Below, piece after piece: positions 62,817 through 64,000 of a stretch of DNA of 64,000 nucleotides. Location of the stretch: the NCBI GenBank assembly GCA_010909165.1, contig MU008193.1, positions 62,001 through 126,000 on the forward strand, written 5' to 3'. Source of the DNA: Anthoceros angustus (lineage: Eukaryota; Plantae; Anthocerotophyta). The notes under the pieces were generated by a model that made no database searches, had not been told where the DNA came from, and worked only from the letters and a program-made list of their open reading frames with translations. Made by a program: the position numbers and the translations under genes. Every line of letters starts with the position of its first letter. Position 1 is the first letter of the stretch.

Positions 62817-64000
62817 ATACTCCAAATTAGGGTTTAGTTTTTATTATATACTGTAAAAAATAGGGCATGGTTCAAAACTCCTGATCCAAAAACGTGGCCT
62901 CATCTATGTCTGCCTGGTTGTGGAGAATCCAGATGACGACATGGATGAGACAAGTCCAAATGGCTTAGGCTAAATGAACACACATTTATAAGAACGCCGT
63001 GATTAAGCATCTTGAGCTTGGATCGGTACTTAGATGGGGTGCCTAAAGGGAGTGGATGCTTTTGGTGCAAGTAGCTTAGCACACCATGGTACAAGTTGTT
63101 AAGTACCAAGTCCTATGACGGAAATCCATTCTTAGTGGACTTAAATAAAATTCTTCTTCTTCTTCTTCATGGCTGACGTGGTATACATGTATATAGACCG
63201 CTTCAGGATCATGAAGCATGCATCATGAGTCTCTACAGAGGCTTTTACTAGTCTGTGGAGTATATATTGGGCGATCCATTCCAAGCCCTCTGCCTCTTGC
63301 CCTTTGAGTCAGTGGGAGAAATTGAGGAAATGCAGCTCGCCCGCAAATCCATCTTTGAGAAATAAATTGCTTGAGGCTTGAAATGTACTCGCTGCATTCT
63401 TGCGGGAGAGCAATAATAAATATGTATAATTAGATAATAAATATCATCTTGACTCTCTAGAAAGAAAGATAGATTCTATGTAGTCTAGAATTAATGTCTT
63501 TACAGAACATATAGATTTATTTAATTATCACATTATAAATTTAATTTTTGATGTTAATCTTGCAATTAAATCTAACAAAATTGAGCTTCCGTGCATGGAT
63601 GATTCAAGACTCACCATGCCCAAATAAAGATTGTCCACTTAGGAGGTTGACACATTGCTAAGGTCAAGCAGTTACCTACATCCAAGGACATTTGGGACAA
63701 GCTAACCGGTTGTTTTCAGGAGGTTAGTTTAACCACTCAGCTCCTACATCACGATAAGCTTTCTTCTTTAAAGCTAAAGGAATGGGAATCTGTCATGGAT
63801 TTTCTATCTACATGGGAACAAGCTCTCGACGAGGCACTCTCGTCCGGCGTGGCAGTAAACAACGACATACAAGTTATGTACTTGTTGCGGTCCCTGCTCC
63901 CATCATGGAGACCATTTGTGTCTACCACAGCTAGCTTAGCAACAACAGTTAATCCTCTGTCTCTTACTACTCTTTTGGCAAAAATCCGGCATGAAGCTGT

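Larger units (their letters stand above)
61272..64000. repeat. Tandem duplication (~1496-bp unit) containing a tRNA 5' portion, its upstream region and copia gag
   Basis: Copy 1 spans 61272-62767 and copy 2 spans 62768 to the window end; the junction is at GCAGCCTTC. Confidence 0.9.

Overview
Nuclear DNA from a compact-genome, non-seed land plant with flagellate sperm. The lineage (hornwort- or lycophyte-like) is inferred from 70-130 bp introns, a dynein-regulatory-complex gene and several PLS-PPR relics. Positions 1-15.2 kb are a retrotransposon nest: a LINE relic, a Ty3/gypsy integrase and a Ty1/copia family whose ~200 bp LTRs end AGTTAGAA...TTCTAACT instead of TG...CA, bounded by a 5-bp TSD. 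From 17 to 60 kb the window is gene-dense: a 2-oxoglutarate dioxygenase, a Gfo/Idh/MocA oxidoreductase, KARI, AUG3, THF1, CDKE1, a nuclear SDH3, CCT-alpha, a small membrane protein and DRC2/CCDC65. These are interspersed with a MITE, a Mutator relic, PPR and paladin pseudogenes and local fragment duplications. A tRNA-Trp gene and a tandem-duplicated copia gag close the window. The most striking item is the SDH3 gene (44444-45614, minus): its middle exons are recognisably a degenerate mitochondrial ATP synthase beta gene (VDLLTPYQRG...GAAGVWKTVL...GNAVYKKM), spliced in frame to an intronless SDH3 core. Exon boundaries were read by eye, no database searches were run, and some repeat-region structure may be an assembly artefact.
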